Assembly (NCBI GenBank): GCA_002415485.1
Contig: DHYU01000037.1
Location: forward strand, 1-63,208
DNA length: 63,208 bases
Origin: Proteobacteria bacterium UBA5122
Lineage (GTDB): Bacteria > Pseudomonadota > Gammaproteobacteria > Tenderiales > Tenderiaceae
Direction of reading: 5' to 3'
The position numbers and the translations under genes were made by a program. Of this stretch, positions 44,063-53,453 are shown piece by piece. How positions within the stretch are numbered: position 1 is the stretch's first letter; each line of letters begins with the position of its first letter. The notes below the pieces were generated by a model. The model saw only the letters and a list, made by a program, of their open reading frames with translations. It had not been told where the DNA came from and ran no database searches.

Positions 44063-45754
44063 ATGCTAGTTTTTGAAAGCGTTTTTTATGAGATAGCCGC
44101 GCTACTGGCCGTTGCCGCAGTGATCGGCGCCATTGGTGTTTGGCTGCGCCAGCCTCTAATAGTCGCATTTATTGCTGCCGGCATTTTAGTTGGCCCTAGT
44201 GGTTTTGAGTGGGTCGCCGCCAGTGATCAGGTTGATCTATTGGCCAAAATGGGCATCGCGCTGTTGTTGTTTGTTGTGGGTCTCAAGCTTGATCTGCACA
44301 TCATTCGCACCCTGGGGCCCGTCGCATTGGCCACAGGTCTCGGCCAGGTTTTGTTTACCTCGATCGTCGGTTATTTGATCGCAGTGGCATTGGGCATGAC
44401 TCCCGTCACTGCACTGTATGTTGCCGTGGCGCTGACATTCTCCAGCACCATCATCATCGTCAAGCTGCTCTCCGATAAAAAAGAAATCGATGCGCTGCAT
44501 GGGCGTATTGCCGTTGGTTTTCTCATCGTACAAGACATCTTTGTCGTGCTGGTGATGATAGGCCTTACCGCCCTGGGCGTCGGCACCAGTGCCGAGTCTG
44601 GCGGCCTTGGGCTTGAGATGCTGGGGGTGTTAATCAAAGGCATTCTCATGCTCGCCCTGGTGGCCTTACTGATGAAATATGTCTTGCCACGCTTGACCCA
44701 ACATTTGGCTAAATCGGTAGAGTTATTAATTCTGTTTGCGATTGCCTGGGCAGTATTATTGGCATCGATTGGTGATGCGCTCGGTTTCAGCAAAGAGGTG
44801 GGCGCATTTCTGGCAGGGATCTCACTTGCCTCTACCCCATTTCGCGAAACGATTGGCGCCCGCTTGGTCGGGCTACGTGATTTTCTGCTGTTATTCTTTT
44901 TCATCGATCTCGGTGCAGGACTGGAGATTGCCACGCTCGGTGCCCAACTCGAGGCCGCGATCATACTGTCGCTGTTTGTGCTGATCGGCAATCCGCTGAT
45001 CGTGATGGTCATCATGGGCGTGATGGGATACCGAAAGCGGACTGGGTTTCTGGCGGGTTTAACGGTCGCGCAGATCAGCGAGTTCTCTTTAATCATGGTG
45101 GCGCTGGGCCTGAGCCTTGGCCATCTGGAACCGGAAACAGTCGGTTTGGTCACACTGGTCGGATTAATCACCATCAGTGGCTCTACTTATATGATCCTGT
45201 ACTCACACGTATTGTATGAACGATTTGCGCCCTGGCTCGGCATCTTCGAACGCAAACACCCCTACCGTGAAGCCGCGTATGCAGCGCCACCAGAAGGCTC
45301 TGAGGATGTCATCGTGCTAGGGCTTGGCCGTTATGGGCAAAATGTCAGTCATATCCTGCGACAACGTGGATGTGAAGTTTTGGGCGTGGATTTTGACCCG
45401 GAAATCATTCGGACCATGCAGCGTAATGGTTATGCCATGTTGTATGGAGATGCCGAAGATCCGGAGTTTTTAGGCACCCTGCCCTTAAACCGGGTGAAAT
45501 GGATTGTGAGCACGGCTCCCGATCGTCAGGTCAATCTCGCCCTGTTACAAGGCCTACGCCATCACGCTTATCAGGGACGTGTCGCCGTGACTGCCCACTC
45601 CCCTGCAAATGCCGACCTGCTGAAACAGGCCGGTGCTGACCTGGTATTACGCCCATTTGCCGATGCGGCCAAGGAAGCGGTTGATAGATTACTTTCGCCA
45701 AACAATAAATCCGATGTCGTAAGCGTACTTAATCATCAAACGGATACCCACTAA
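44063..45754 (+). CDS. CPA2 cation:proton antiporter (KefB/KefC-like) with a TrkA-N domain
   Basis: LLFVVGL, FSSTIIIVKLL, LIVQD and AQISEFS; C-terminal GLGRYG...YGDAED. Confidence 0.92.
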   Translation: MLVFESVFYEIAALLAVAAVIGAIGVWLRQPLIVAFIAAGILVGPSGFEWVAASDQVDLLAKMGIALLLFVVGLKLDLHIIRTLGPVALATGLGQVLFTSIVGYLIAVALGMTPVTALYVAVALTFSSTIIIVKLLSDKKEIDALHGRIAVGFLIVQDIFVVLVMIGLTALGVGTSAESGGLGLEMLGVLIKGILMLALVALLMKYVLPRLTQHLAKSVELLILFAIAWAVLLASIGDALGFSKEVGAFLAGISLASTPFRETIGARLVGLRDFLLLFFFIDLGAGLEIATLGAQLEAAIILSLFVLIGNPLIVMVIMGVMGYRKRTGFLAGLTVAQISEFSLIMVALGLSLGHLEPETVGLVTLVGLITISGSTYMILYSHVLYERFAPWLGIFERKHPYREAAYAAPPEGSEDVIVLGLGRYGQNVSHILRQRGCEVLGVDFDPEIIRTMQRNGYAMLYGDAEDPEFLGTLPLNRVKWIVSTAPDRQVNLALLQGLRHHAYQGRVAVTAHSPANADLLKQAGADLVLRPFADAAKEAVDRLLSPNNKSDVVSVLNHQTDTH

Positions 45755-45793
45755 TTATGTTGGCACCTAAAATTCTATGCTAGGAAATCAGTC

Positions 45794-46768
45794 ATGAAAT
45801 GTTTTAAAAACATCCTCTTCGTCAAAGAACAGAATGCCGATTGCGAAACCGCACTAGACCGTGCCGTGACCTTGGCACAGAAAAATCAAGCATCGTTAAC
45901 GATCATTGATGTGGTAGAGATCTTCCCCAATCACTTTAGTGCCATTCCGAAAGGATATACGTCAGAAACGCTCTTACAAACACTCTTTGATGAACGGCAG
46001 AAACAGCTGGAACAACTTGTTGTTTATGCCCGTAAGCAGATGAATATCGAGACACGAATCGTCAGTGGCATCCCTTACCTGGAAGTCATTCGGAATGTGT
46101 TGGCAGAAAACTACGACCTAGTGATCAAACCTACCCAAAATCGCTTCAGCCTAAAAGAAAGGCTTTTTGGAGGTACAGACCTTCATTTACTGCGCAAGTG
46201 TCCCGTCCCTGTGTGGTTGGTAAAGGCAAACAAGGCGCAACAGAATTTTGGCATTATTGCGGCCATCGATATCGCGCATGACACTGACTCTGAATCCGGC
46301 AATGCCCTCAGTCGGGATATTATAGACTCAGCCCACGGCCTGGCATTGGCCAATCACTCAGAGCTTCACATTGTTCATGCATGGCAGGCCTTGGGAGAAG
46401 GTGTATTGCGTAGTGGCCGTAGTCACATATCAAACGAAGATGTTGATCAATACGTGGCCGAAGAAAAGCAACGTCACCGTAAATGGGTAGAACAATTCAC
46501 CCAAGAGGTCATCAAACAGTCGGGCAAAGAGGCAGAGAGTCAGACACTGCCTCGCATCCATCTTCCCAAAGGATTACCGAAGGATGTCATTCCCCAGTTA
46601 GCGCAGGATCTCGACGTCGACTTGATAGTCATGGGCACTGTGGCCCGTGTCGGCATCCCCGGCTTTTTCATGGGCAATACGGCGGAAATGATCTTAAACA
46701 ACCTGGATTGTTCAGTTCTGGCATTAAAACCCGCGGGGTTCAAAACTCCGGTATCGCTTAATGATTAG
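45794..46768 (+). CDS. Universal stress protein (tandem USP, UspE-like)
   Basis: DLHLLRKCPVPVWLVK and DLIVMGTVARVGIPGFFMGNTAEMIL...CSVLALKP. Confidence 0.92.
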   Translation: MKCFKNILFVKEQNADCETALDRAVTLAQKNQASLTIIDVVEIFPNHFSAIPKGYTSETLLQTLFDERQKQLEQLVVYARKQMNIETRIVSGIPYLEVIRNVLAENYDLVIKPTQNRFSLKERLFGGTDLHLLRKCPVPVWLVKANKAQQNFGIIAAIDIAHDTDSESGNALSRDIIDSAHGLALANHSELHIVHAWQALGEGVLRSGRSHISNEDVDQYVAEEKQRHRKWVEQFTQEVIKQSGKEAESQTLPRIHLPKGLPKDVIPQLAQDLDVDLIVMGTVARVGIPGFFMGNTAEMILNNLDCSVLALKPAGFKTPVSLND

Positions 46769-46787
46769 TGAGTATGAGAATTCCAAT

Positions 46788-48167
46788 TCAGCTTGATGAA
46801 TCAGGAGCATCATCGGCATTGGTGATCAATTTGTCCGGCAGTTGTTTCTTTGCCTTTGCCCCTAGCTGTTTGAGTTGTTCAGTTCGTCTAATGAGATTGC
46901 CACGACCATCGGTGAGACGTTTATAGGCCAGCTCATAGGCACCTTGTGCCTTGGAAATCTTGTCGCCGACATCATCCAGTGCCTCGACAAACAGAACGAT
47001 CTGATCATACAAACCACCCGCCTTGTCTGCGATTTCTTGCGCATTGCGGTTTTGATACTCATAGCGCCAGATATTGTGCACGGTTTTCAATGTTGCCAAT
47101 AACGTACTTGGACTGACGACGATAATGTTTTGTTCGAAGGCATCACGGAAGATTTGCTGATCATGCTCAACGGCTGTAATAAACGCGGCCTCTATCGGGA
47201 TGAACATCAGCACAAAATCAAGACTGCTGATATCAGGCAGATCTTCGTAATTTTTGGCACTCAAGCCCTTGAGGTGTGTACGTAGAGAGGTGATGTGTTC
47301 TTTCAGTGCCTTTTGGCGCTCATCAGCATCGGTCGCATTGCAATAGCGCTCATAGGCTGTCAGCGTCACCTTTGAGTCGATGATGATCTCTTTGCCCTCC
47401 GGCAGGCGCACGATCGCATCGGGGCGATAGCGCTTCTTTTGATCACCCAGATCGATGGTGTAACTCTCCTGCGTGACGTATTCGCGTCCTTTGTGCAGGC
47501 CGGATTCTTCCAGTACACGCTCGAGAATAACCTCCCCCCAAGCGCCTTGCGCCGTATTCTGCCCCTTCAAGGCCTTGGTCAGATTCAGCGCGTCTTCACT
47601 GATCTGTTGGTTCAATTCCTTGAGGTGTTTGATCTCGTGAAATAGAGAAATTCTGTCCTTGGATTCTTTCTCGTAGGCATCCTCTATTTTTTTCCTGAAA
47701 TCTCCAAGCTGTTCACGCAGAGGGGTTAGAATCTGGCTGAGATTGTCTTTGTTCTGATCGGTAAATTTCTTCGACTTTTCTTCGATGATCCGGTTGGCAA
47801 GGTTCTCGAATTCCTTACTCAGGCTGGCCCGCGCATCTTCCAGTAATTTAATCTTTTCTTCATTCTGCCGGGTTTCCTGTTGCAGGAGCGTCTCCAGGCG
47901 CACCCGCGCCCCACGTTCCTCCAGCAAAGCCTGCTGCCCGGCATCAACTTGGGTCCTCGTCTGTCCCAGCTCGGCTTCGAGCTTGCTTAACTGACCGACC
48001 TTGTCGGCAAGCAGGGTTTCGAGATTGTGTTTGAGATTGGCCTGCTGTTCCTCGGCCTGCTGTTTGAGCTCTGTCAGTCTTCCTTGTATGAGTCGATAGC
48101 CGACGAACACACCGGCCCCCAGGCCTACGCAGAAGATGATGATGGCAAACACGACGTCCATGAGCAC
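46788..48167 (-). CDS. rmuC: DNA recombination protein RmuC
   Basis: N-terminal TM, coiled coil, QGAWGEVILERVLE, RPDAIVRLP...IIIDSKV and DFVLMFIPIE. Confidence 0.95.
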   Translation of the reverse strand: MLMDVVFAIIIFCVGLGAGVFVGYRLIQGRLTELKQQAEEQQANLKHNLETLLADKVGQLSKLEAELGQTRTQVDAGQQALLEERGARVRLETLLQQETRQNEEKIKLLEDARASLSKEFENLANRIIEEKSKKFTDQNKDNLSQILTPLREQLGDFRKKIEDAYEKESKDRISLFHEIKHLKELNQQISEDALNLTKALKGQNTAQGAWGEVILERVLEESGLHKGREYVTQESYTIDLGDQKKRYRPDAIVRLPEGKEIIIDSKVTLTAYERYCNATDADERQKALKEHITSLRTHLKGLSAKNYEDLPDISSLDFVLMFIPIEAAFITAVEHDQQIFRDAFEQNIIVVSPSTLLATLKTVHNIWRYEYQNRNAQEIADKAGGLYDQIVLFVEALDDVGDKISKAQGAYELAYKRLTDGRGNLIRRTEQLKQLGAKAKKQLPDKLITNADDAPDSSS

Positions 48168-48280
48168 GGTCCAAATGAAGGATGAATGAGATCTCTACTA
48201 TATGCGCCTATAATACCTCAGTTGCAGGCAGCAGCAGTGGTATACTCGCCACTGGTTATTCTTGTAAAAGGCCTGGCCAC

Positions 48281-48940
48281 ATGAGCGTCAAAGTCCCCCA
48301 CTTTCGCCGTTATCTGCTCACCGGCATCATCACCGTGATCCCGATCTGGATTACCTGGTTGATCTTTGATTTCGTCCTGACCCAACTATCAAAACTGGGC
48401 ATGCCCTGGGTCAAGGCAGCATCCAAACAGGCGGAGACCCTGCTACCTGAATTGTCGAGCTGGTTGTTGCATCCTTGGTTCCAAGGTGGTTTGGCGATTT
48501 TATTGACCCTGCTCCTGCTCTACATCATCGGCTGGTTCACCAGCCGGGTAGTTGGCGCCCGGATGTTGCATTTATTCGAGATCGTGCTGGCCAAAATCCC
48601 GTTTGTACAAACCATTTATGGCGCGACCAAGAAGCTTCTCGGGGTATTGCAGCAAAAACCCGATAACGTCCAGCGCGTGGTATTGATAGCATTCCCATCA
48701 CCCGAGATGCGCACCGTCGGCTTTGTGACTCGCGTATTCACTGATACCGATAGCGGCCGTGAACTCGCTGCCGTCTATGTGCCCACAACCCCCAATCCTA
48801 CCAGCGGCTATCTGGAGATCGTGCCCATCGAAAATCTGATCTCTACAGACTGGACGATGGAACAAGCCATGACCTTTATCATTTCCGGTGGCGCAGTGGC
48901 ACCGGATAGCGTTAGTTTCGATCGCAAACCAAAAGACTGA
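48281..48940 (+). CDS. DUF502 family membrane protein
   Basis: LTGIITVIPIWIT, IPFVQTIY, VYVPTTPNPTSGY and FIISGG. Confidence 0.92.
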   Translation: MSVKVPHFRRYLLTGIITVIPIWITWLIFDFVLTQLSKLGMPWVKAASKQAETLLPELSSWLLHPWFQGGLAILLTLLLLYIIGWFTSRVVGARMLHLFEIVLAKIPFVQTIYGATKKLLGVLQQKPDNVQRVVLIAFPSPEMRTVGFVTRVFTDTDSGRELAAVYVPTTPNPTSGYLEIVPIENLISTDWTMEQAMTFIISGGAVAPDSVSFDRKPKD

Positions 48941-49084
48941 TGGGTACCATCACACGGGGCTTACGCTTTCCCGCGCGTATTTAATACCGCTGAGCTACCT
49001 GATCGGAGAGCCTTCGATGCTCCACAGTCCATGACGCTTGCCTTGTACGGCCATCATTTATAACTCTCGCCAGTGCCTATACAT

Positions 49085-49117
49085 AAAACGCCCGCCATGA
49101 TGGCATAGCGGGCGTTT
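49085..49117. terminator. Bidirectional intrinsic terminator
   Basis: AAAACGCCCGC-N12-GCGGGCGTTT between convergent genes. Confidence 0.7.
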
Positions 49118-49141
49118 ATAAAAGGGCGAAGTCTGCGATGA

Positions 49142-49978
49142 TTAATTCATAGCGAGTTTGAGTGACTCACCGATAAAGGCCTTGTTGAATGGGTCGACGA
49201 CAACGGCCAAGTGACGCTTTACCTTCACAACGTATTTAAATTTGTTGTAATCCGGCACGCTATTAGCGGCACGATATCCAACATTGTATGCAACCAGTGC
49301 ATGTTCAATAGAGTCACTACGCTCTTCAAGCATCAGCAAGAACTTAGAAGCGATGCGAATATTGAATTCATCATTCGTCATCAGGTCAACGATCAATGCC
49401 TCATCTGATCGATAACGGCCAAACTCCTCAGGGTATTGCTTTAGTACATCACGTGCGGCAGTGACCTTGACCTGCATGACGCCATAAGAACGCTTGCCTA
49501 CCGGCGCAGTCATATGCCCAATCCTGCCAAGCTGACCCGCAATTGTCTCTTGTAACAACACGCCCTGCAGGATTCTGGCGTGTTCTTCACCACCATTTTG
49601 AAGACCTATGTCGTAGGTCATGGTCAGTAACTGAATTTGTTCGTCAGTGAGCCAGGTTTTCGTCAGCGAATTCCAGAACAGACCTTCTTCAGCTTGTTTG
49701 CCTTGGCTAGCTGCAAATAAAAAACTACGACGACTGTATCGATCTATCTGCGCCCCGGACAACTCTTCAACAGTGGCCCGCGTATCGAAGCACAAGTCCT
49801 CGAGATTCGCATTGGCATTATTAGGAGCTGAAAATAGCCATGGCAAAACAGCTGCAACCGCCAGACTCATACTAATCAATACAGCCTTGCCATTACTAAG
49901 ATTAGTCATTGATTTGCTTGTCAAAACAGGTACCTCCGGATTGATCGCGCTACCGGCCGGCCCTGGCGTAGTAGTCAT
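49142..49978 (-). CDS. Lytic transglycosylase (SLT/lysozyme-like) domain protein with an N-terminal membrane anchor or signal
   Basis: LLQET (catalytic Glu motif I), SYGVMQV (motif II), NIRIASKFL and ALVAYNVG (motif III). Start may be slightly downstream. Confidence 0.8.
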   Translation of the reverse strand: MTTTPGPAGSAINPEVPVLTSKSMTNLSNGKAVLISMSLAVAAVLPWLFSAPNNANANLEDLCFDTRATVEELSGAQIDRYSRRSFLFAASQGKQAEEGLFWNSLTKTWLTDEQIQLLTMTYDIGLQNGGEEHARILQGVLLQETIAGQLGRIGHMTAPVGKRSYGVMQVKVTAARDVLKQYPEEFGRYRSDEALIVDLMTNDEFNIRIASKFLLMLEERSDSIEHALVAYNVGYRAANSVPDYNKFKYVVKVKRHLAVVVDPFNKAFIGESLKLAMN

Positions 49979-50014
49979 TTAAATACACATCAAATCTGAT
50001 CTACAAGACAGCCA

Positions 50015-50030
50015 AGCATAATTCATGCCA
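50015..50030 (-). promoter_or_regulatory. sigma54 (-24/-12) promoter
   Basis: Reverse strand TGGCATGAATTATGCT fits GG-N10-GC, about 37 nt upstream of the SLT-like gene. Confidence 0.65.
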
Positions 50031-50091
50031 AATAAATAACTTTATTAGAAACAACCAAATAACAATGTTGAAGTTGATTCCCAACCAAAAG

Positions 50092-50108
50092 TGTAAAGAA
50101 TTCCGACA
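50092..50108 (-). promoter_or_regulatory. Putative sigma54 enhancer box (PEP-CTERM-box-like)
   Basis: Reverse strand TGTCGGAATTCTTTACA (17 nt), about 62 bp upstream of the -24 element. Confidence 0.5.
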
Positions 50109-50151
50109 CCTCGAGAAGTGATTACTTCGGTGGAGAAGTGACTCTTTAGGC

Positions 50152-50184
50152 AAAAAAAAGCCTGCATAATCATACAGGCCTTTT
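50152..50184 (-). terminator. Terminator of tRNA-Asn
   Basis: AAAAAAAGCCTG...CAGGCCTTTT directly after the tRNA 3' end. Confidence 0.7.
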
Positions 50185-50192
50185 AAGAATGA

Positions 50193-50268
50193 TGGCTCCC
50201 CGAACTGGACTCGAACCAGTGACCCAATGATTAACAGTCATTTGCTCTACCGACTGAGCTATCGGGGA
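50193..50268 (-). tRNA. tRNA-Asn (anticodon GTT)
   Basis: TCCCCGATAGCTCAGTCGGTAGAGCAAATGACT-GTT-AATCATTGGGTCACTGGTTCGAGTCCAGTTCGGGGAGCCA; 76 nt with encoded CCA. Confidence 0.98.
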
Positions 50269-50292
50269 ATGTCGTCGTTAACGATGGCGCGT

Positions 50293-50321
50293 ATATTACG
50301 TTTTTAGCTAGGCGAGGTCAA
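50293..50321 (-). promoter_or_regulatory. sigma70 promoter of tRNA-Asn
   Basis: TTGACC-N17-TAATAT followed by the GC-rich discriminator ACGCGCC. Confidence 0.7.
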
Positions 50322-50374
50322 CACAGGAATCGCAATTTATTGATATATTGTTCTAAATCCAATTAGATAGCCCA

Positions 50375-50959
50375 ATGAGCAATAAGAGAAAAGCCCCACC
50401 TGTCTCTATCCTCTTGTCCGCCGAAGATCGCGCACTATTCCACCAGGCGATGAGAGGAGTAAAGCGCTACACCGGTGATGACCGTGTAGATTTCACGCGC
50501 CCTCGTCAACAGGCACAAGGGAGTCAAACCAACATTTCGCCAGGCAGTGAACGATCTCAGCGCGATATTTTGTCCGAATCTACACGTCATGAGGCCGTTT
50601 CTGGGGACGAACGATTGCTCTATATTGGACAGGGCATCAACCCATCCCAGCTGAAACGCCTGAAACAAGGCGCCTTGCGGCCAGGAGTCACCCTGGATCT
50701 GCATGGATACAGCGCTGAAGAGGCACGCCTTGCTCTGGGCAGGCTTTTAGACCAGCCCTTATCGAATCGATGCCTGTGCGTTGTTCATGGCAAAGGGTAT
50801 AGCTCCGATAGTGCCGCCCCAAGGTTAAAAAACCTGGTCAATAGCTGGTTGCGACAACATCCGTCTGTCATCGCCTTTTGTTCGGCACAAGCCAAGGATG
50901 GCGGTACCGGTGCAGTATATGTGTTATTGAAACGCTCGCTTTCAGACCATCAAAAATGA
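50375..50959 (+). CDS. Smr domain endonuclease (SmrA-like)
   Basis: EDRALFHQAMRGVK, LDLHG, VVHGKG, LVNSWLRQHP and GGTGAVYVLLK. Confidence 0.92.
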   Translation: MSNKRKAPPVSILLSAEDRALFHQAMRGVKRYTGDDRVDFTRPRQQAQGSQTNISPGSERSQRDILSESTRHEAVSGDERLLYIGQGINPSQLKRLKQGALRPGVTLDLHGYSAEEARLALGRLLDQPLSNRCLCVVHGKGYSSDSAAPRLKNLVNSWLRQHPSVIAFCSAQAKDGGTGAVYVLLKRSLSDHQK

Positions 50960-52635
50960 TAGGACAGATCCAACAACAAGTAGTTATCCTTGCGCACAGG
51001 ATAAAAAGGATCATTTACTGTAGAACCACTGCTTCCCCTGGCCTCAACTGCTATAGTCCAACCCGCTCCCAGGCGACGGCTTAATTCTAACGAATAGGTA
51101 CTTTCGTCGGATTCAGCGTCAACAATGACGCCAAGCAACACCTCAGTACTGTTCACGTCATTGAAGACCCAGCGCAATCCAGCCATCCAGTCGTCCGCAT
51201 AAGGGGTTGTTGCCGCGATACCACGTTCGTCATACAGATATTCAACCAGCATCCCCAAGTCCATGGCGCTGTCAAACAAGCCAACGTATGTATATTCAAA
51301 TCCCGCGACAGCAGCATAAAATCGTTGTGTGGTCTGTTTGCGACTGATGGTTTCCAGTTTCCAGATCCAGTCCCCCATTAAGGCTTGTAGATCCAGACCA
51401 GTTTGATCGATTTGCTCATAGCGTGGAATGAAAACCATCTCACCAGAGGTATTCATCCCCAGCCGCAACGTAGGTTCACGGTTAGTCCCTGAGAAATGCG
51501 ACAGACCTATATCAATATCACCAATGTAATGAGACCAACGTACCGCCCAGTCCACATGCTTTTCTTTGTCATCTGACTCGTATTCAACCATGTCATGATC
51601 AACCACCAGGGGCCCGCGCAGCCGCCCTTCTACACCGGGATACGTACGTTCTCGGAAATACGGCAACACAAAGCCACTAAACGTACCGATTTCGCTGATC
51701 CGCGTAAGCTGTACCATCGGCTGACCAAGTTTGTCTTCGCCATCAAGCGCCTCAACCAGATCCATTTGATTGATGACATCGACCAAATGCATAGACTCGG
51801 TCACACCCCAAAATACCTTGCCCACACCGGCTCTAAACTCCCAATCACCCGCGGCGTGTAACCACATCAACTCACGAATATCAGCGTGGTTCCGTTCATC
51901 ATCATGATCTCCGACGCGTGCAAATGGCACAAACAACAAGCTGCTATCGCCATCGTTCCAGCTCAAATAAAGTTCAGGAGTTAAGGCAAGCGAGGTATAG
52001 TTTTTCTTTTGTTTCGGATACAACCCGTATTGATCGAAGGTTGTGGCGGTTAGATTGAATACACCTGACCAACGGTGATCGAGTGTGGACACGGGTTCTA
52101 CTTCTACATCTGCCTCAGCAATAACAGGCGACACCATTGTTGAAGGCGTGGCTTTATCTGTAGGAAGGTCAGGAACGGCCAATACTGGAGGGGGCGCCAA
52201 ATCATCTGGTCGCGATACTGTATCGGGGACGGGCGTGGGCATGACGGATATCGATGGCGGCACGGACAGCTCGCTAGCGGCCATTTGGCCTGCCGTTGGC
52301 GTGACTGTCGCATACCGGCGCATGATCCCCTGCCAGCCTTTCTGCCTCAACTTGTTCAGTGAGTAACGTGCCTGATCCACCCGTGCATACGGTCCGACCA
52401 AAATGACAATAGAGGTTTCACCGCTAGCCAGCGGAACCAATCGCTCGGCAACCGGAAAGCCTTCGCGCTCCAATTGACCACGCACGATACGAACATTGGC
52501 TGCATCACTAAAGGAACCGACCTGAACATACAAGTCGTCGGCGAGTGACAACCTAGGCTGCATTAGCAACAGGCCAAACAGTATTCCTAACAATACAACC
52601 CCATTACGGGGTTGTTTGAGTGTATCCAGCGTCAT
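50950..52635 (-). CDS. Putative outer-membrane beta-barrel protein with an N-terminal SPOR domain and Pro-rich linker
   Basis: Signal peptide, YVQVGSFSDAAN...ILVGPY (SPOR), linker, then HADIRELMW, RAGVGKVFWGVTE, VDVINQ and C-terminal YHF. Confidence 0.75.
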   Translation of the reverse strand: MTLDTLKQPRNGVVLLGILFGLLLMQPRLSLADDLYVQVGSFSDAANVRIVRGQLEREGFPVAERLVPLASGETSIVILVGPYARVDQARYSLNKLRQKGWQGIMRRYATVTPTAGQMAASELSVPPSISVMPTPVPDTVSRPDDLAPPPVLAVPDLPTDKATPSTMVSPVIAEADVEVEPVSTLDHRWSGVFNLTATTFDQYGLYPKQKKNYTSLALTPELYLSWNDGDSSLLFVPFARVGDHDDERNHADIRELMWLHAAGDWEFRAGVGKVFWGVTESMHLVDVINQMDLVEALDGEDKLGQPMVQLTRISEIGTFSGFVLPYFRERTYPGVEGRLRGPLVVDHDMVEYESDDKEKHVDWAVRWSHYIGDIDIGLSHFSGTNREPTLRLGMNTSGEMVFIPRYEQIDQTGLDLQALMGDWIWKLETISRKQTTQRFYAAVAGFEYTYVGLFDSAMDLGMLVEYLYDERGIAATTPYADDWMAGLRWVFNDVNSTEVLLGVIVDAESDESTYSLELSRRLGAGWTIAVEARGSSGSTVNDPFYPVRKDNYLLLDLSYHF

Positions 52636-52655
52636 AAATATTCTTTTGTTGATGC

Positions 52656-53441
52656 TTATCGGGCACGTTCTAGGTTATTTACCCGAAAGTCGTTATCTGT
52701 CAGCCCCGTGCGAAACTTATAATTTTTCCAAAGGATCAGCGTTGTTTTCCCTGTCTGATGATTTTCCATGTACATCTCATCAGGCCGCCAATGATTTTCG
52801 AGATATTTGTTATAACCCCGATATATCAGCGTCTTGAGCAGCGAATTTTTCCGATCGTAAAAGTCTATTTTTTGTAAGCGGTACTCAGCCTGATCGAGCC
52901 AGACGATTTGGCGGGTATAACCTGAATACTCATTCACAGGATATCGTTCGACGACAAAATGCGGCTGACCGTTCAGCGCCTCATCACGCAGGTATTTATA
53001 GGTGTACTTTTCTACTTCTTGTGACCCTATATCTTCGTACGCAAATTCACTGCCCATATAGGGGCCGGACTTATTGCGCGAGGCGATGCGCTTAACGCGT
53101 TTCAAGGCTGGCAGATATAGCCACTGATCATCGTCGCTCAGGCGATAACTATACGTCAGCATCGCGGTGCCTTTCACATCAGCGGGATTATCGAAGATGG
53201 CCAGAGTTTTATCGCCATCACCATCCACCTCTAAGCCGAAAATACGAATCTCACGCCGACTTTCGTCACCTTGGCGATTTTTAAGAATCATCTCCATGTC
53301 GGACGCATAATCATCGAATCCGTTGCCACGCTTTTCAGATTCTTGGAAGATGGCCAAGCCTTTATCTTCAGCGCTTTCCGCCATGGAGGCTGCCGGTGCA
53401 ACGAGCAAGGTCGAGGCTAGGGCTAGAATACGTAAATACAT
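52656..53441 (-). CDS. Outer membrane lipoprotein-sorting (LolA-like) protein
   Basis: PADVKGTAML, DDDQWLYLPALKRVKRIAS, GSEFAYEDI and MENHQTGKTT. Confidence 0.9.
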   Translation of the reverse strand: MYLRILALASTLLVAPAASMAESAEDKGLAIFQESEKRGNGFDDYASDMEMILKNRQGDESRREIRIFGLEVDGDGDKTLAIFDNPADVKGTAMLTYSYRLSDDDQWLYLPALKRVKRIASRNKSGPYMGSEFAYEDIGSQEVEKYTYKYLRDEALNGQPHFVVERYPVNEYSGYTRQIVWLDQAEYRLQKIDFYDRKNSLLKTLIYRGYNKYLENHWRPDEMYMENHQTGKTTLILWKNYKFRTGLTDNDFRVNNLERAR

Positions 53442-53453
53442 AACTGAATATCC

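Noticed and set aside
31104-46768. Integrated IMEX or filamentous prophage at dif
   Set aside because: I found no second dif-like junction and no zot, rolling-circle replication, integrase or phage structural genes.
48941-49005. tRNA-like fragment (minus strand CAGGTAGCTCAGCGGTA)
   Set aside because: Only the D-arm start resembles a tRNA; no T-loop GTTCGA, acceptor pairing or CCA.
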